A DNA stretch of 63,206 bases, filler included, from Stramenopiles sp. TOSAG23-6 (taxonomy: Eukaryota): the NCBI GenBank assembly GCA_900128565.1. It is 9 parts of 9 records of this genome, joined end to end, with 100 filler letters (N's around TTAATTAATTAA, not from the genome) between each part and the next. Parts side by side here need not be neighbours in the genome. Positions count along the whole stretch, not along the records: positions 11,514 to 22,886 come from LT636263.1; positions 22,987 to 34,358 come from LT636264.1; positions 34,459 to 45,804 come from LT636266.1; 6 more parts are not named here. One strand, given 5' to 3'. The notes below the pieces were generated by a model that worked only from the letters and a program-made list of their open reading frames with translations, had not been told where the DNA came from and did not search any database. Every line of letters begins with the position of its first letter. The first letter of the stretch is position 1. Shown one piece after another: positions 22,320 to 34,501 of the stretch. Position numbers and translations under genes: made by a program.

Positions 22320-22886
22320 CGTGAGGTTGTCGAGGGTGATGGTATTGGTGGATATGTAAAAGGCCGTAGGGTAGATTTCTCTGTCAAAGTCAGAGATAGT
22401 GACAAAAACTCTAAATCTGCTTATACCAAAGTAGAGTGGAGATACAATGGCAATGACTTTGGTTGCAAGGGTCTTACTGGAGAGTCGACGCTCTCGGATA
22501 ACCCATCTGTAGTAACCAAGGTCCCTCTGTGCTATAATTTTCTTGATTTAACAATTCTTCACGCAAAAAATTGGGGAATGAAAAAACTGGACGATATTGT
22601 TTTGATTACTTCAACACAGAGTGATGCGACAGCAATTCAATTTGGTCATGGAAAACACGAAGATGGTATGAGTGTACGTCCAGTTTTAGGCAAGCGATAT
22701 AGAGTAAAGCAAAAAGTTACAATTCAGCGTACAGCATATACTGGTAGCTTTAACGTCGGAACAGAACTAGTGACTACAGGAATGGATTATCTTGGTCCTG
22801 CAAGCTCAGATGATGTATTTGAATGCATCGTTTCACTTGAAAGTATTGCTGTGGTTGAAATCTTTCGTTTTTCTTTCTTTACTATA
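22320..22886 (+). CDS. Hypothetical protein fragment
   Basis: Open, protein-like part of ORF 22068-22934; boundaries unclear. Confidence 0.35.
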
Positions 22887-23014
22887 NNNNNNNNNNNNNN
22901 NNNNNNNNNNNNNNNNNNNNNNNNNNNNNNTTAATTAATTAANNNNNNNNNNNNNNNNNNNNNNNNNNNNNNNNNNNNNNNNNNNNCATTTATGGTTTCC
23001 TCCCTATAGTAATT

Positions 23015-25375
23015 ATGTCGGATAAAGGTGATTCTAGAGTCTGTAACATTGGGGATAAGGTGCTTGGTACATACGTCAACAAAAAATTTTATGACGCCAC
23101 AATTACGGGAATAAATAAGGAAGATAATTCTTTTATACTCACCTGGGATGATGGAGATCCATCACATCGCGTTGTTCGTGCGTCTAAAGTATTCAAAAAT
23201 GGTATCGAATGTCATTTGCCTGGTACAAAAAAAGGAACTGAAAAAAAAAAAGGAACTGAAAAAATTATCGAATCAGCGGTTGTAGGGACAGGGCCCAGTG
23301 CAATACCGCAGTCAGAAATTAGTCTTGGTGCTCTACGTGCTTCAGTTACAAAGTGTAGTCTCATTGGTATTTGTGGGATGAAAGCATTTAGGCTGCAGGA
23401 TGATTGTATTTATGCTGGTTACAAGTGGTATGGCGAAAACGGTGGGGTATGTACGTTTTCATCACGAATTTCAAATTTATTTATGTTTCCTACGAAATTT
23501 TGTACCTAACGATATTTTTTTGAATTTTTCTTTCACAATACATGCTGGCACAGGCGAAAGTTCAAAAATAGAAAACTTAAAAATAAGCCTTTGTCTAAAA
23601 CAAATCCAATATCAAATAAAACGTGCTCTTCTTTGGCTGGTCCAGATTGCTATGCTATCAATGGAGTACCAAGCCCAGGTGAAAAACATTATGAGATGCA
23701 AATGGACAATGAGATAGACAGCAGTTACGAAAGCGATTTGAAGACATTTCACTGGATAAAAGCCAAGTCAACTCAACCAGATGTAGGTGATGTTTTCCTA
23801 CAATTACTCAAACAGCTTCAAAAGAAATTGGATATAGGTGACACGCTCAGTGAGGGAATGGCTGATTTTCTAGATGAATCCTTGTTAGACACTTCAGTCC
23901 AAGGTGCTTTTACGATGATTGGTCAGTTTAATTCTGCGACAAAATCATTTGAATTGAAACCTAAAATGTGGGTGAGTTACCCAAATGATTCATCATATAC
24001 TTATGTTGGAATTGTGGGTCAGCTAACCGATTCCCATATGGAAATAGATGCACGTTTTCAATCTGAAATTGTTTTTGTAGCAAATCTCGAAATCCTAATG
24101 TAACATACCTAACAAATTTCAAATTTATTTTATTTTTCACCATACTTGGTCACATTACCAAAAATGGAGTTCCACTTAAAGGCTGTGATACTTTTGAACT
24201 CGATAAGGTGGAAGAAAACAGAGAAAAAAGAGAAAATCATAAAGAAAAGGAAACAGATCTCCTTTCTGGTTTATGGAATGGATGTACGTTTCCAAATTGA
24301 TTTTTTTACCAATTTCGAATTTATTTGTTTTTCTTAAAAAAATTCTGTACTAACGTTTTTTTACTCAAAGAAATACTTTCCCACCATCCATACTACACGT
24401 GTCAAGGCGTTGACTTGAATTTACTTTTATCAATTAGTGTTGAAAGCAATAATACGGATACAAATGATAAAAATGAAAATATTAGTTTTGTTCGCGCATT
24501 GTTTTCATTTGATGATGACGTACGTTTTCATCGTGAATGTATCACGAATTTCAATTTTTTTATCGTAAAAAAAAATTGCACCTAACATTTTTTTGGACCA
24601 TGTTTGAATTTCTACATTTTTCACTATACAGAAATTAGAAGATGAATACGGTGAACATTATGGTGTTATAGCTGCTAATGATAATGAGAATGATAAAACC
24701 TTTGAGTGGGAAGACTTGAATGACGAGGATTTGAAGGATATTGACGAGGAGGAATTGGGTCAGTATATCAAAACAAAATTGGATTTAAGCGATGAAGAAT
24801 GGGATCAATACGTCAAAGGAAAAAACTTGTTCTACAATTTTGATTTAGATGATCCTTATGAAGAGCTTGATGATGATGATGATGACGGTTTCGATGAATT
24901 TCGTGATTATCTCATTAAAAAATGGGATTTAAAAGATGATGATGAATTGGATGAATATCTCACTAAAAAAATTGTAGGTACAGAAACGAAAGAACAATTC
25001 AAGAAAAGCGTTCATCTTCATTATTTGATTAGTAGTGAGAAAAAAGACCGACATCCTGCAAATATAGATGATGAAGATATAGTACTCTTAGATGGTGAAG
25101 ACATTCTTGATCTTGATACTGATATTCTTGATCTTGATAGTCTAATGGGTTCGATAGAAAACGAAAGCGACAAATACAATGTATTTTATGTTTATTTTGA
25201 TTTAATTTTTTTAAATTTTGTTTTTTTGTACCTAACAAATTTCAAATTTTTGAAATATTTTTTCACAGTACGTGGTATCACAAATGAACGTATCAAAGAA
25301 CTTGTTGCTAGTGCAATAGGAAATGACATTGAAGACTATGAAATCCTTGTGATCGACCTTGATAAGGAAAAGTAA
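23015..25375 (+). CDS. Hypothetical Tudor-like domain protein with acidic C-terminus, 6 exons
   Basis: GDKVLG..FYDATITGI..LTWDDGD. One continuous ORF after removing 23451-23543, 24050-24147, 24284-24391, 24520-24631 and 25181-25273. Confidence 0.7.
23451..23543 (+). mobile_element. Introner-like intron GT..AT (93 nt)
   Basis: Consensus match; contains an in-frame stop. Confidence 0.82.
24050..24147 (+). mobile_element. Introner-like intron GC..TT (98 nt)
   Basis: GCACGTTTT..TACCTAAC..CACCATACTT; removal restores frame. Confidence 0.72.
24284..24391 (+). mobile_element. Introner-like intron GT..AT (108 nt)
   Basis: GTACGTTT..GTACTAAC..CCATCCAT; removal gives WNGYYTCQG. Confidence 0.75.
24520..24631 (+). 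mobile_element. Introner-family intron with canonical GT..AG ends (112 nt)
   Basis: GTACGTTTT..CACCTAAC..CACTATACAG. Confidence 0.8.
25181..25273 (+). mobile_element. Introner-like intron GT..GT (93 nt, in-frame)
   Basis: Ends CACAGTACGT; the internal AG at 25267-25268 would shift the frame. Confidence 0.72.
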
Positions 25376-25722
25376 ACATCGTACCAAAACATTTCAAAAA
25401 ATATTATTAGGTACATAATCTTGTACCAAAAAAAAAAAGATGCTGGTAAATTGATTTATGTCCAAACATTTCTTTTCTATCAAAATGATGGATGACCAAT
25501 AAAATTAAATTGTATTTTTGGTGAGTGTTTGTGAATATGAAAGTATTTTTAAAATNTCAAAAATTAAAAAGATTTTAAACCATACTTTACTATACTATTC
25601 ATACATTTCTTTCAATGATCAATTATATATAATATAAGCTCTCTTCATATTTTACCTATTTGCGCGTGATTTTTTTGTACCGAACGTTTTTTTTCAAAAC
25701 TTTTAAAAATATTTTTTTACAT

Positions 25723-26463
25723 CTATTGGCCTTGAAGAAAATTAATTAATTCAGAGACGTTGTTACCTGGTGGTTTTCTACGAAATGAACTGCCATTACT
25801 AAAGCGATTTGCTTTGTATATCTCCGTTTGTTTCTCAGTGGTAGATTCAGAGTTTGAGCATGACTCTTCACTAAAATCAGAATCGCCTAAATCGTCTAAG
25901 TTCTCTGTGAAGCTTCCATCGTCAGACGTTTTGTTTGAAGTTTCATTTTTGGATTTCAACTTTCCGATAAGTGTTTCACACAATAAATGTGCGGCGTGTG
26001 GATTACTTTTCAATGGTGAATTAAAGTGATGAAATAGATTCATAAGATATAAACGAAGACTTCTAATGTTCGCATCGTTGGCATCAACTCTTTCGAATTT
26101 AAAATTCGTTTCAATATATTGTAACGCTAATGACAATACATCGTTTAATTGCTCAACTGCATCAGTTTCACTGACGTTCTTGCTGGTGTTCTCGAATGAA
26201 TCTGAATTTTCTACGACTGGGACAGTGGAATCTTTCGAATTATTTATTTTTACCTCTTCACATTTAACAAGCGAGTTTATTTTTTCAAAATTTTTCGCTT
26301 CTTCGTATCCAAGTTTTACAAGGTTCATACGCATTTGACACGTAAGATCATCATCCGTTCCTTGGATTTTTAATCTCTCTTCTAGAGACGATTCTAACAA
26401 AATGCGGCGATTTCTTAAGGAATCTGCAATTTGCTGATATTTTGTGATTGTTGAAAAGCACAT
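25723..26463 (-). CDS. Hypothetical coiled-coil protein (possibly 5'-incomplete)
   Basis: 246-aa ORF. Confidence 0.5.
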   Translation of the reverse strand: MCFSTITKYQQIADSLRNRRILLESSLEERLKIQGTDDDLTCQMRMNLVKLGYEEAKNFEKINSLVKCEEVKINNSKDSTVPVVENSDSFENTSKNVSETDAVEQLNDVLSLALQYIETNFKFERVDANDANIRSLRLYLMNLFHHFNSPLKSNPHAAHLLCETLIGKLKSKNETSNKTSDDGSFTENLDDLGDSDFSEESCSNSESTTEKQTEIYKANRFSNGSSFRRKPPGNNVSELINFLQGQ

Positions 26464-26478
26464 AATATCACTGATCTT

Positions 26479-26734
26479 AGTTTGCAGTTAAAAATAAATT
26501 CGTTCGTCAAAGGATGGCTTGACATGACCAAATTCAGATAGCTCCAATAGAATGTTATTGATGTCATCATCGATCAGGATAGAAATAAAAACAGATAAAG
26601 GTTTTGTGAAATTCTTACACAAATTGCATTGACAGTCTACGTTTGCAGTTAAAAAAAAATTCGTTCGTCAAAGGATGGCTTGACATGACCAATTTCAGAT
26701 AGCTCCAATAGAATGTTATTGATTTCGTCATCGA
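26479..26734. repeat. Diverged direct repeat (~93 nt x2)
   Basis: TTTGCAGTTAAAA..CGTTCGTCAAAGGATGGCTTGACATGACC..CATCGA at ~26480-26573 and ~26641-26734. Confidence 0.85.
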
Positions 26735-26800
26735 CTTTCAATACAATTATATAGGAAGGGGAAAACACGAAATACATTTTTGTGAGAATGAAACACTTAC

Positions 26801-28377
26801 CTAATCAGATCTTTGCCCATACGTGCAACATATTTATCATCTTGTGACCATTTAAATGCTGGCCATTGGTCGCGTTCTGGGACATTCTCATACGCAAACG
26901 TGCGAAGTTTTGTACCGGTTTTGACATCCCACACAATAATGGATTATGAAAAAATATTTCAATAAAAAATTCGTTAGGTACAAAATTTCGTACGAAAAAA
27001 AAACTTCGATTTTTTTGTAAAAAAAAAATAAAACAAACATAGCATCTTTCTTATTAGGACCAGTCTGTCCATTCCAAGTGACTAAATACTGTTCACAAGG
27101 TGAAAAATCTATAAATTGAACTCCAGTGTGTGCCAAACTGTATTTATGAGTAAATATGCAAAAGTGATCATAGAATGAGTTTTTTGTTATTTCATATATT
27201 TTGTTGATTGCTTCAATGATGAGAATATGAAAAGAAATTTTTCTTGGATTCTTTTGCTACACAGTTCAAAAAGAAAAAGTATACAAAAATAATATAAAAT
27301 CCAAAAAAATCCAAAAAAATCCAAAAATATAAGATATTGGTGAGACGCTCAGACATCCAAGGAAATAGTGGGGCATTAGCTTACAATCTGGCAGATTGTC
27401 ACTCTTCCCTTCACTGCGAACATGGGTCAGGTTTTGTCTATCACTGCGTTACCATTTATTATCTTTCTTATATGCCTGTCTTTTGTAATAGAATACAACA
27501 AAAAAATGAATCATCGAAACAAATGAATACGAAACATACCGTAAAATCTTTTTAAATTTTGCACCACCCCACAGAGCAACTCCTTGGTGGTGAAAAGTGG
27601 CAAAATATGTTCCATTTGGTGACCAAGCGACATGTATTTTGGAAAAATATTTCAAAAAAAAATCAAAAATTTGTTAGGTACAAAATTTCGTACGAAAAAT
27701 AAATTCGAAATTGAATAAAAAATAAAACGTACATACATTTCGCACCAGTTCTTCCCAAGAGCTTTCTCGCGTTCACCTCCATATGTCAGAGTTGGGGCAC
27801 CAGCAGGTTCGCACCAGCTGATTTCAGTTTCGGCTGCATAGCGAATGACAAATTGATCACGAAAGAACTCATCTGTGAGCCAAGAGCGAAGGTCGACAGA
27901 TTTACGGTCTTTATGCTTTTGCAGCGGAGCATAATCATCTTCAACTGGATCGGCAAAATTCTCGTCCATGTTAAGGAATTTTGTTACCTCCGAAAAGTGG
28001 TTCACCTTGAAGATGTGCTTCTTATCGAGCTTCCAGCCATTTGTATTGGCAACAGCTTTTTTTGCCTGTGACTCAGAAGAAAATTCAACAAGGGCGAATC
28101 CAAACGTCTTTCTTTCTGCTTCAGGTAGAGATTTATCATAAGGAAGGTTAATCATTTCAATCTTGCCAAATTGAGAGTAGATTTTCGTCAAAACTGCTGT
28201 TAACTTTGGCAACTTTTTCATAGGGACTTTTGGGATGTTATCGACAACAATCATAGTTGACTGATTCTCATCAACTTCTTCGAGTTCACCCTCCTCATAT
28301 TCACCATCGGAGAGATATGGAGACATATCCACCATTTCCTCTTCAAGAGCAGCAAATTCAGCACGGAGGTGTTCCAT
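26801..28377 (-). CDS. EIF3B: Translation initiation factor eIF3 subunit b, N-terminal half (3'-truncated)
   Basis: RRM ([25 protein letters not shown]), [47 protein letters not shown]. Ends at a GTAAGT donor at 26800. Confidence 0.92.
26939..27038 (-). mobile_element. Introner-like intron GT..AT (100 nt)
   Basis: Removal gives DAIIVWDV. Confidence 0.87.
27138..27539 (-). other. Long GT-AG intron (402 nt) with family-like termini
   Basis: GTATGTTT..AAATACAG; removal gives ILRLAH. Confidence 0.75.
27632..27732 (-). mobile_element. Introner-like intron GT..AT (101 nt)
   Basis: Removal gives WCEMYVAWSP. Confidence 0.9.
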
Positions 28378-28875
28378 ACTGACAGTATTTGTGCGCTCTG
28401 TTTTGCTGTAAAAGAGAGATCACACAACCTTTATCCGGCCACGGCGACAGACGCTGCACTCTGCACACGAGTTCACGAGTCCAAGTTTGACCAAACTGAC
28501 TCGAGATAAAAACACGAAAAATCTGAAAAAATATTTCATTTTTGTACGTAAATTCTGTACTTAAATCAATTTATTAATTTAATTTCCTTGAATTTCAGAG
28601 TTGATTTTAAGTGAAAGCTTCCGCATTACGTACAGTATATTCCGGCAAGGCATCATAGCACTAGCTAGAGTAATGAGAGGCAATGGACTAGTTTTGTTAA
28701 GTGTCAGCAGTACCTTAACTGATGTATCTCAAACGCAATAAAAAAGAAATAAAGTAAACTTTCAAATCAATTTTCTTGATGGAGTTATTTACCTGTTCAT
28801 AATATCCAGAGGACGAATATATTTACACAAAAGCATCATAAAAAAGAGTGAAAGTTAAAAAATATATATAACTTT

Positions 28876-29238
28876 TTATTCTTCGGGAGATGTATGCATC
28901 AAAAGGAGATCGCCAGTCTTGGTGTTGAATTGGAGCCAATTGGAAAACATGCCAATAAATATCCAATTTCGAGCTTCCGTACCGTTTAGTTCAGCGGTAG
29001 GTTGTACTAACAGTGCAACAATTAAATTAGAAACTTTGTATCCACCTTGATCAAGAGCCAATTGGAAAGCAGCCGCTGCAACCTTTCCTGCTGCCCAACC
29101 CACAACACCTCCACCGGCTCCATCTCTTGCTGCCCTACTGGCGTTTCGTCTTAATGAAGCTTTAGTGGGTCTCGTCAAAGCTGCAATTCCCGCAAGAGCG
29201 AGCGAGAATAATATAAATTGAGAACTAGACGAAGGCAT
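28876..29238 (-). CDS. Small hypothetical protein with N-terminal anchor
   Basis: 120-aa GC-enriched ORF. Confidence 0.55.
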   Translation of the reverse strand: MPSSSSQFILFSLALAGIAALTRPTKASLRRNASRAARDGAGGGVVGWAAGKVAAAAFQLALDQGGYKVSNLIVALLVQPTAELNGTEARNWIFIGMFSNWLQFNTKTGDLLLMHTSPEE

Positions 29239-29530
29239 TTTTATGGTGTGCTCAATATAATTTTGTGAATTCTACAGAAGAACGCCAAACTGTTTTGTTG
29301 AATGAACTGCTGAAAAATATCTACTTTGTTGTACCTACCTTTTCCACGTTTTCCTAAGACAAAGTGATAATATCTTTGACCGAGTCGCGACCGAGTCCGC
29401 AAAAAGTCCAGAAAATTAATATCGGAACAAACATGTTCATGTCCAGAAAAAGAAAATTTTTCAAAAAAAATATTCAAAGGTTTCAAAGAAAAGAAAGACT
29501 TCGTTCGTAAAAGCACAATACCACCACAAC

Positions 29531-30505
29531 GTGATTTACACACAACAAGACTCTCTTGACTTTATTGAACGTGTGTGTCGCATTATGATTTCATCTGATG
29601 AAGTTATGTCACCAGATGCTGAACATGTGCTGTCAAGTACACCACCTTCAACACGCACACTGAAACATCTAAAATATGGCGTATCTATGAGTAGCAAAAA
29701 CAGTAAACGACCAATCTTACCTCCAGTGCCACTTTTTCTACGTCCCCCAAAAACTCCACAGACAGAATGCACCAGGCCACAAAGTAAGTTAGCAAGACTT
29801 AGCGGTGATATTTCGCCATTTGTTTATGCAACTGCAGAAGCAGAGCTTTTCAGTGATGGCACGCTTTTTCGAACACTAGATAGTACACTTATGAAAGAAA
29901 CTATAAAGACAAAACAAACCTTGGAGTCTAATGATCAATCATCGATAGAGGAAATGTCAATAAGACCTTGCACTGACTCAAAAAATGATAAATTGAAAAC
30001 AATCATGACAAAGTGGCAAAATTTTGTCGATAGCTATGATGATTTGCAAAACAATGATCAATTTGTCATTGCATATGATAATACTCAAAAAACTGCAACA
30101 AAACGACGTTGCCTCCAAGCATACTTCTGGTTACTCTTATTCTTCATCGCTTCAATTTTTATCGTTGTATCTATATTTTGTTTTTTATACTTTAGCCAGA
30201 ATCATGAGTGGTATAAACCATCCTCTTTCTCGGTGAATGACGAAGACAATAGTTCTAGTATTAAAATACTACGAGCAAAAGAAAAGCCTAGTTCTAGTAT
30301 TAAAATACTACGAGCAAAAGAAAAGCCTTTTACATTTTCTTCGAATAGATTTAAAGAAATAAATACCACATTAGAACAAATAAAAGATGATTTACTAAAG
30401 ATAGAGCACAAAGATTGGAAAAGTGATCCGAAAGGTGTATTTAAGAATAGAAAAAGTATGTATAATGGTGTACTTCAGATTCATCAATCCGTACTTAATA
30501 CCTAG
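29531..30505 (+). CDS. Hypothetical single-TM protein with 39-nt internal duplication
   Basis: ORF; SSSIKILRAKEKP occurs twice. The start codon is uncertain. Confidence 0.55.
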   Translation: MIYTQQDSLDFIERVCRIMISSDEVMSPDAEHVLSSTPPSTRTLKHLKYGVSMSSKNSKRPILPPVPLFLRPPKTPQTECTRPQSKLARLSGDISPFVYATAEAELFSDGTLFRTLDSTLMKETIKTKQTLESNDQSSIEEMSIRPCTDSKNDKLKTIMTKWQNFVDSYDDLQNNDQFVIAYDNTQKTATKRRCLQAYFWLLLFFIASIFIVVSIFCFLYFSQNHEWYKPSSFSVNDEDNSSSIKILRAKEKPSSSIKILRAKEKPFTFSSNRFKEINTTLEQIKDDLLKIEHKDWKSDPKGVFKNRKSMYNGVLQIHQSVLNT

Positions 30506-30673
30506 TTTTTGACCAGCCAAAAAAAGAACACATAAATAAAAATGTACTATACTTGAATTCTTTATAGTTAACTCTAAATTTTCAGTAAATTCTCAAAATT
30601 TCATCTTCAGACACAAACTAGCACAAACAAAACGAACCATTGTAGTAGCTATTTTTTGAACAAACAGATTATT

Positions 30674-33600
30674 TCACAAAGGATCAAAATATTTTGCTAA
30701 AGATTCCACCGACTCCATATTACCATTAGAAGTGCTATTAGTACTAGGAGCAATATTAAAACTAATAGGACTAGAAGAGCTATTAGTACTAGAAGCAATA
30801 TTAGTATTAATAGTACTAGAAGTGCTATTAGTACTAGAAGCAATATTAGTATTAATAGTACTAGAAGCGACATTATTACTNATCTTATTAGTAGATGTTC
30901 CATTATTCATCCATGCAGGCAGCGTTGCTGCTACACCACGACCAGCACCATGTGATACTGAAACGTTTTTCCTACTAGAAGCAGATCCACCAACACCACT
31001 ACCATCAGCATAAACATTTGATGTCACCGAATTAAAATTGTCTCTTTCTCGAGTAGGACTACGGCGATGATAATCTTTTGATATATTGTTGCTGTACTTT
31101 CTATCTTTAGATCTACTACGAGAAGCACCTCTACTTTTATATCTACCTCGATTATCTTCATTATATCTACCTCGATTATCTTCATTATATCTAACTCGAT
31201 TATCTTCATTATATCTACCTCGATTATCTTCATTATAATGGCTTCGGTGCGAATTTTTACAATCTCGACTTGGACTTCTTTCTCTTCGCTCATCTCGAAT
31301 TCTACTTCGACTTCTGCTTCTACTTGTTTCTCTTCGTTGATATTTACGATCTCGACTTCTTTTTCTTCGTTGATATTTACGATCTCGATTTCTTTCTATG
31401 CTACTTCTTTCTCCACTACGACTAGGACTATGATACTGGTTATAGGCATCACGATGTTGAATATGTGTATTACTATTATGCGAGACATTGTCATTACTTT
31501 CAGTACTATTACGCGAGACACTGCGTTTATTACTATTATGCGAAACATTGTCATTACTTTCAGTACTATTATCATCAATAGGACTAAGCGTCGATGAGTC
31601 CAATTCTATCTTTGCATTTTCTTTTAAGAATGCAATTCTGGCGTTTTTAATTGATGTTTCAACCATATGCTGACAAACCTCAAAATTATCACTATTATCG
31701 CTTGTTACAACACACACTTTGTAATCAACTTCAGAACTGAGTTCAATAGTACATGCACAGGTATTTTGAATTCCCATGAACTCAGCTTCAATTCCTGAGC
31801 CTTCAAAATATTTTAAATATTTCTTATCAATTTTGACAGTCCATGAAAAAGATACGTTAGTTGTCGTATCATTATTTGAGGCATCCGAATTTTTATTAAT
31901 ACTACTAGAACTACGACGACGAGCTAGCCTAGGATCATGACCATATGCTTTCGAAGCACACATTGGCTTTCCAATAGTTTTTTTTGTAAATGGGTTTAAT
32001 TTAAGTTCATTATTTGGGCTTTCGGAACTTTTCGGGGAACCATTCATTTCACCATTCATTTCATTATGTAAATTCATCGCTGACAATTTCGCTTTTTCAG
32101 CAGCTATTTGCGATGGCGTCCTATACATCATTTTCGCCTTTTGAATGGCTAATTCCGAGGGTGGTACACTTACTTTAATTCTTTTTTTTTTTGGTATTTT
32201 AAATTTGTTTTTCTTTTTCATCTTCCGTTTCGCCTTTTTTTCCTTTCTCCTTGCTCTCTCTTCTTTTTCAAGTAACTTAGTTTCCTCTAAGATTTTTTTA
32301 TTTTGAAGTTTGATTTTTATTCCATCAATTTCTGATTTAAGTTTCATATTACGAGCCTCTTTTTTTATACTTTCTTCCTTCAGGGGTTGTAAGGAACTTT
32401 CTAGAGATGTCGATGTTGAAATTACATTTTTGATTTTACGATTTTTAGACTTTGTTATACTAGGGTTAGAGTTTCGATTCTTTTGTTTTGGTGACTTTGG
32501 GGGACTTTTTTTTTCTAGTATTCGTATACAATGCCAAGGAACTCGTTGGTCATATGAACGATCACTATAAACAATAGAACAAGTCTCTTTTTCTATATTC
32601 ACAGAAATAACTTTTCCACTAAAATAACCTTGAAAATGTTCCTCAACTTGTTCACGCCAAAACGCTTCTATGTATTTTGGAAAAATATTTCAAAAAAAAA
32701 CCGTTAGGTACAAACTTTCGTATGAAACCAAAAAAAAAATCGAATTTGAAAAAAAATGAAACATACATTTTTTGACCCTTGAAAAATTTTACATTTTTCT
32801 GAGTCTGTTTTGTATTTGTTTTCTGAGTCTGTTTTGTATTTGTTTTCTTAGTCTGTTTTGTGTTTGTTTTCTTAGTCTGTTTTGTGTTTGTTTTCTTAGT
32901 CTGTTTTGTGTTTGGTTTGTTAGTCTGTTTTGTGTAATTCATAACCTTTTTAGCTGCATTAGGTGTATAACTAGAAGTAGAACTATTGCAAGTTGAATGA
33001 ATTTTTGACATCTCTGGTGAAGTTGGCTCACAAACCATATTTTTAATACTATCCATATCCTCTATTATATTTGTATTTTCATCGTCTTCAGTTAGTGTGT
33101 CTTCAGCAGTTAGTGTTTCATCTGTATCATGATGTGTAGATGTAACTGAATGAGTGCTATCAATAACCACATTTTTAATATTCTCCACGATTTTAGGATC
33201 CTCGGAAACTTTAGTTGTCTGCTCTATGACAAACGGTTCTAAATCTACCATCCGAACTGTTGTTTTAGGCATTGTATCCGCGTCAGATTTACACACCACC
33301 ATACTCACCATATTAGGTGAAATCGTTGTACTGTGCGAAACTGAGTTAGTCTGACGAGAGCCGACATCAGCCAAAAGAGGGACAGAGAAATGGTTTACAT
33401 TAACATCAGCATCAGCATTTTTCTCTTCGATTCCAAGATTAATGGCAAGTTCTTCACGGCCATATATAGATCTAATACGGTTTAGTTCCGAAAGCACAGG
33501 AATCGTCAACATTTTTGAATCGAGCTCACCGTGCCTAACTTTACCTTTGGGTAAAGTAGAACTTGAACGTGGAAAGTCATACACAGCATCATCACCATCT

Positions 33601-33720
33601 ATAGCTCTATTTGCAGCTGTTTTCAGAAAGTCAACATCAACTTTTCCATTTTTACGTACACCAATAACGATAGCTCCATAGTCAACTTTGATGTTTTTTT
33701 TAGTTGTTGGGTCCTTTTCA
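30674..33720 (-). CDS. Large Tudor-like/KH-like/RS-rich protein (5' end in gap), one intron
   Basis: Removing 32670-32766 joins ORFs into FKGQKIEAFW..YFSGKVISVN..CSIVYSD; RS repeats, (YNEDNRGR)n, GRGVAATLPAWM. Confidence 0.65.
32670..32766 (-). mobile_element. Introner-like intron GT..AT (97 nt)
   Basis: Full consensus; restores the Tudor-like domain. Confidence 0.85.
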
Positions 33721-34076
33721 NNNNNNNNNNNNNNNNNNNNNNNNNNNNNNNNNNNNNNNNNNNNNNNNNNNNNNNNNNNNNNNNNNNNNNNNNNNNNNNN
33801 NNNNNNNNNNNNNNNNNNNNNNNNNNNNNNNNNNNNNNNNNNNNNNNNNNNNNNNNNNNNNNNNNNNNNNNNNNNNNNNNNNNNNNNNNNNNNNNNNNNN
33901 NNNNNNNNNNNNNNNNNNNNNNTGCTGCTGATGATGTCCTTCGACAAAACAAAACAAAACGAAAAGCACACAATTGATTCGAGATTATTCGAATTGAATA
34001 ATTTTTTGCATTTAAATTCGAAATTCGAGTACAAAGAATAATATGAAGACGTTGAAATATAAAAATATTCTAACAT

Positions 34077-34358
34077 TTATAAAACACTAAAAAATAAGGT
34101 AACAATTATCACTACAACATTAGCATCATTATTATTTCCAGAACCCATTTGCTGCCACAAGAGTGAATCTTGCACTTGGCAAGCACTCTCCTCTTCAGTG
34201 CAACATTTTCCTGTTTTCCCATATTTTCCGATGCAAAATCCTCCATCAGTACAAGTATCCTGAAAAGATTTGCCTTTATCCATATCAATTCGACCACATT
34301 CACCACAATCCTCAACATTTCTCTTATTACTCATAACCAATAAATTGTTTGCGTCTTC
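34077..34358 (-). CDS. C-terminal fragment of Cys-rich protein with hydrophobic tail
   Basis: ORF open from the contig end. Confidence 0.4.
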   Translation of the reverse strand, partial: EDANNLLVMSNKRNVEDCGECGRIDMDKGKSFQDTCTDGGFCIGKYGKTGKCCTEEESACQVQDSLLWQQMGSGNNNDANVVVIIVTLFFSVL

Positions 34359-34501
34359 NNNNNNNNNNNNNNNNNNNNNNNNNNNNNNNNNNNNNNNNNN
34401 NNTTAATTAATTAANNNNNNNNNNNNNNNNNNNNNNNNNNNNNNNNNNNNNNNNNNNNCAGATCCCAGAATTTCTTTTTTGATTACCGGGTTCCGAACCT
34501 T

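Noticed and set aside
22068-22405. Overlapping antisense genes
   Set aside because: The overlap comes from ORF extension to alternative start codons through low-complexity sequence; a junction near 22320 is as likely.
26486-26660. TAA at the same position in both repeat copies as a sign of stop-codon reassignment
   Set aside because: Conserved genes here end normally in TAA, TAG or TGA and have no internal stops; the region looks rearranged or chimeric.
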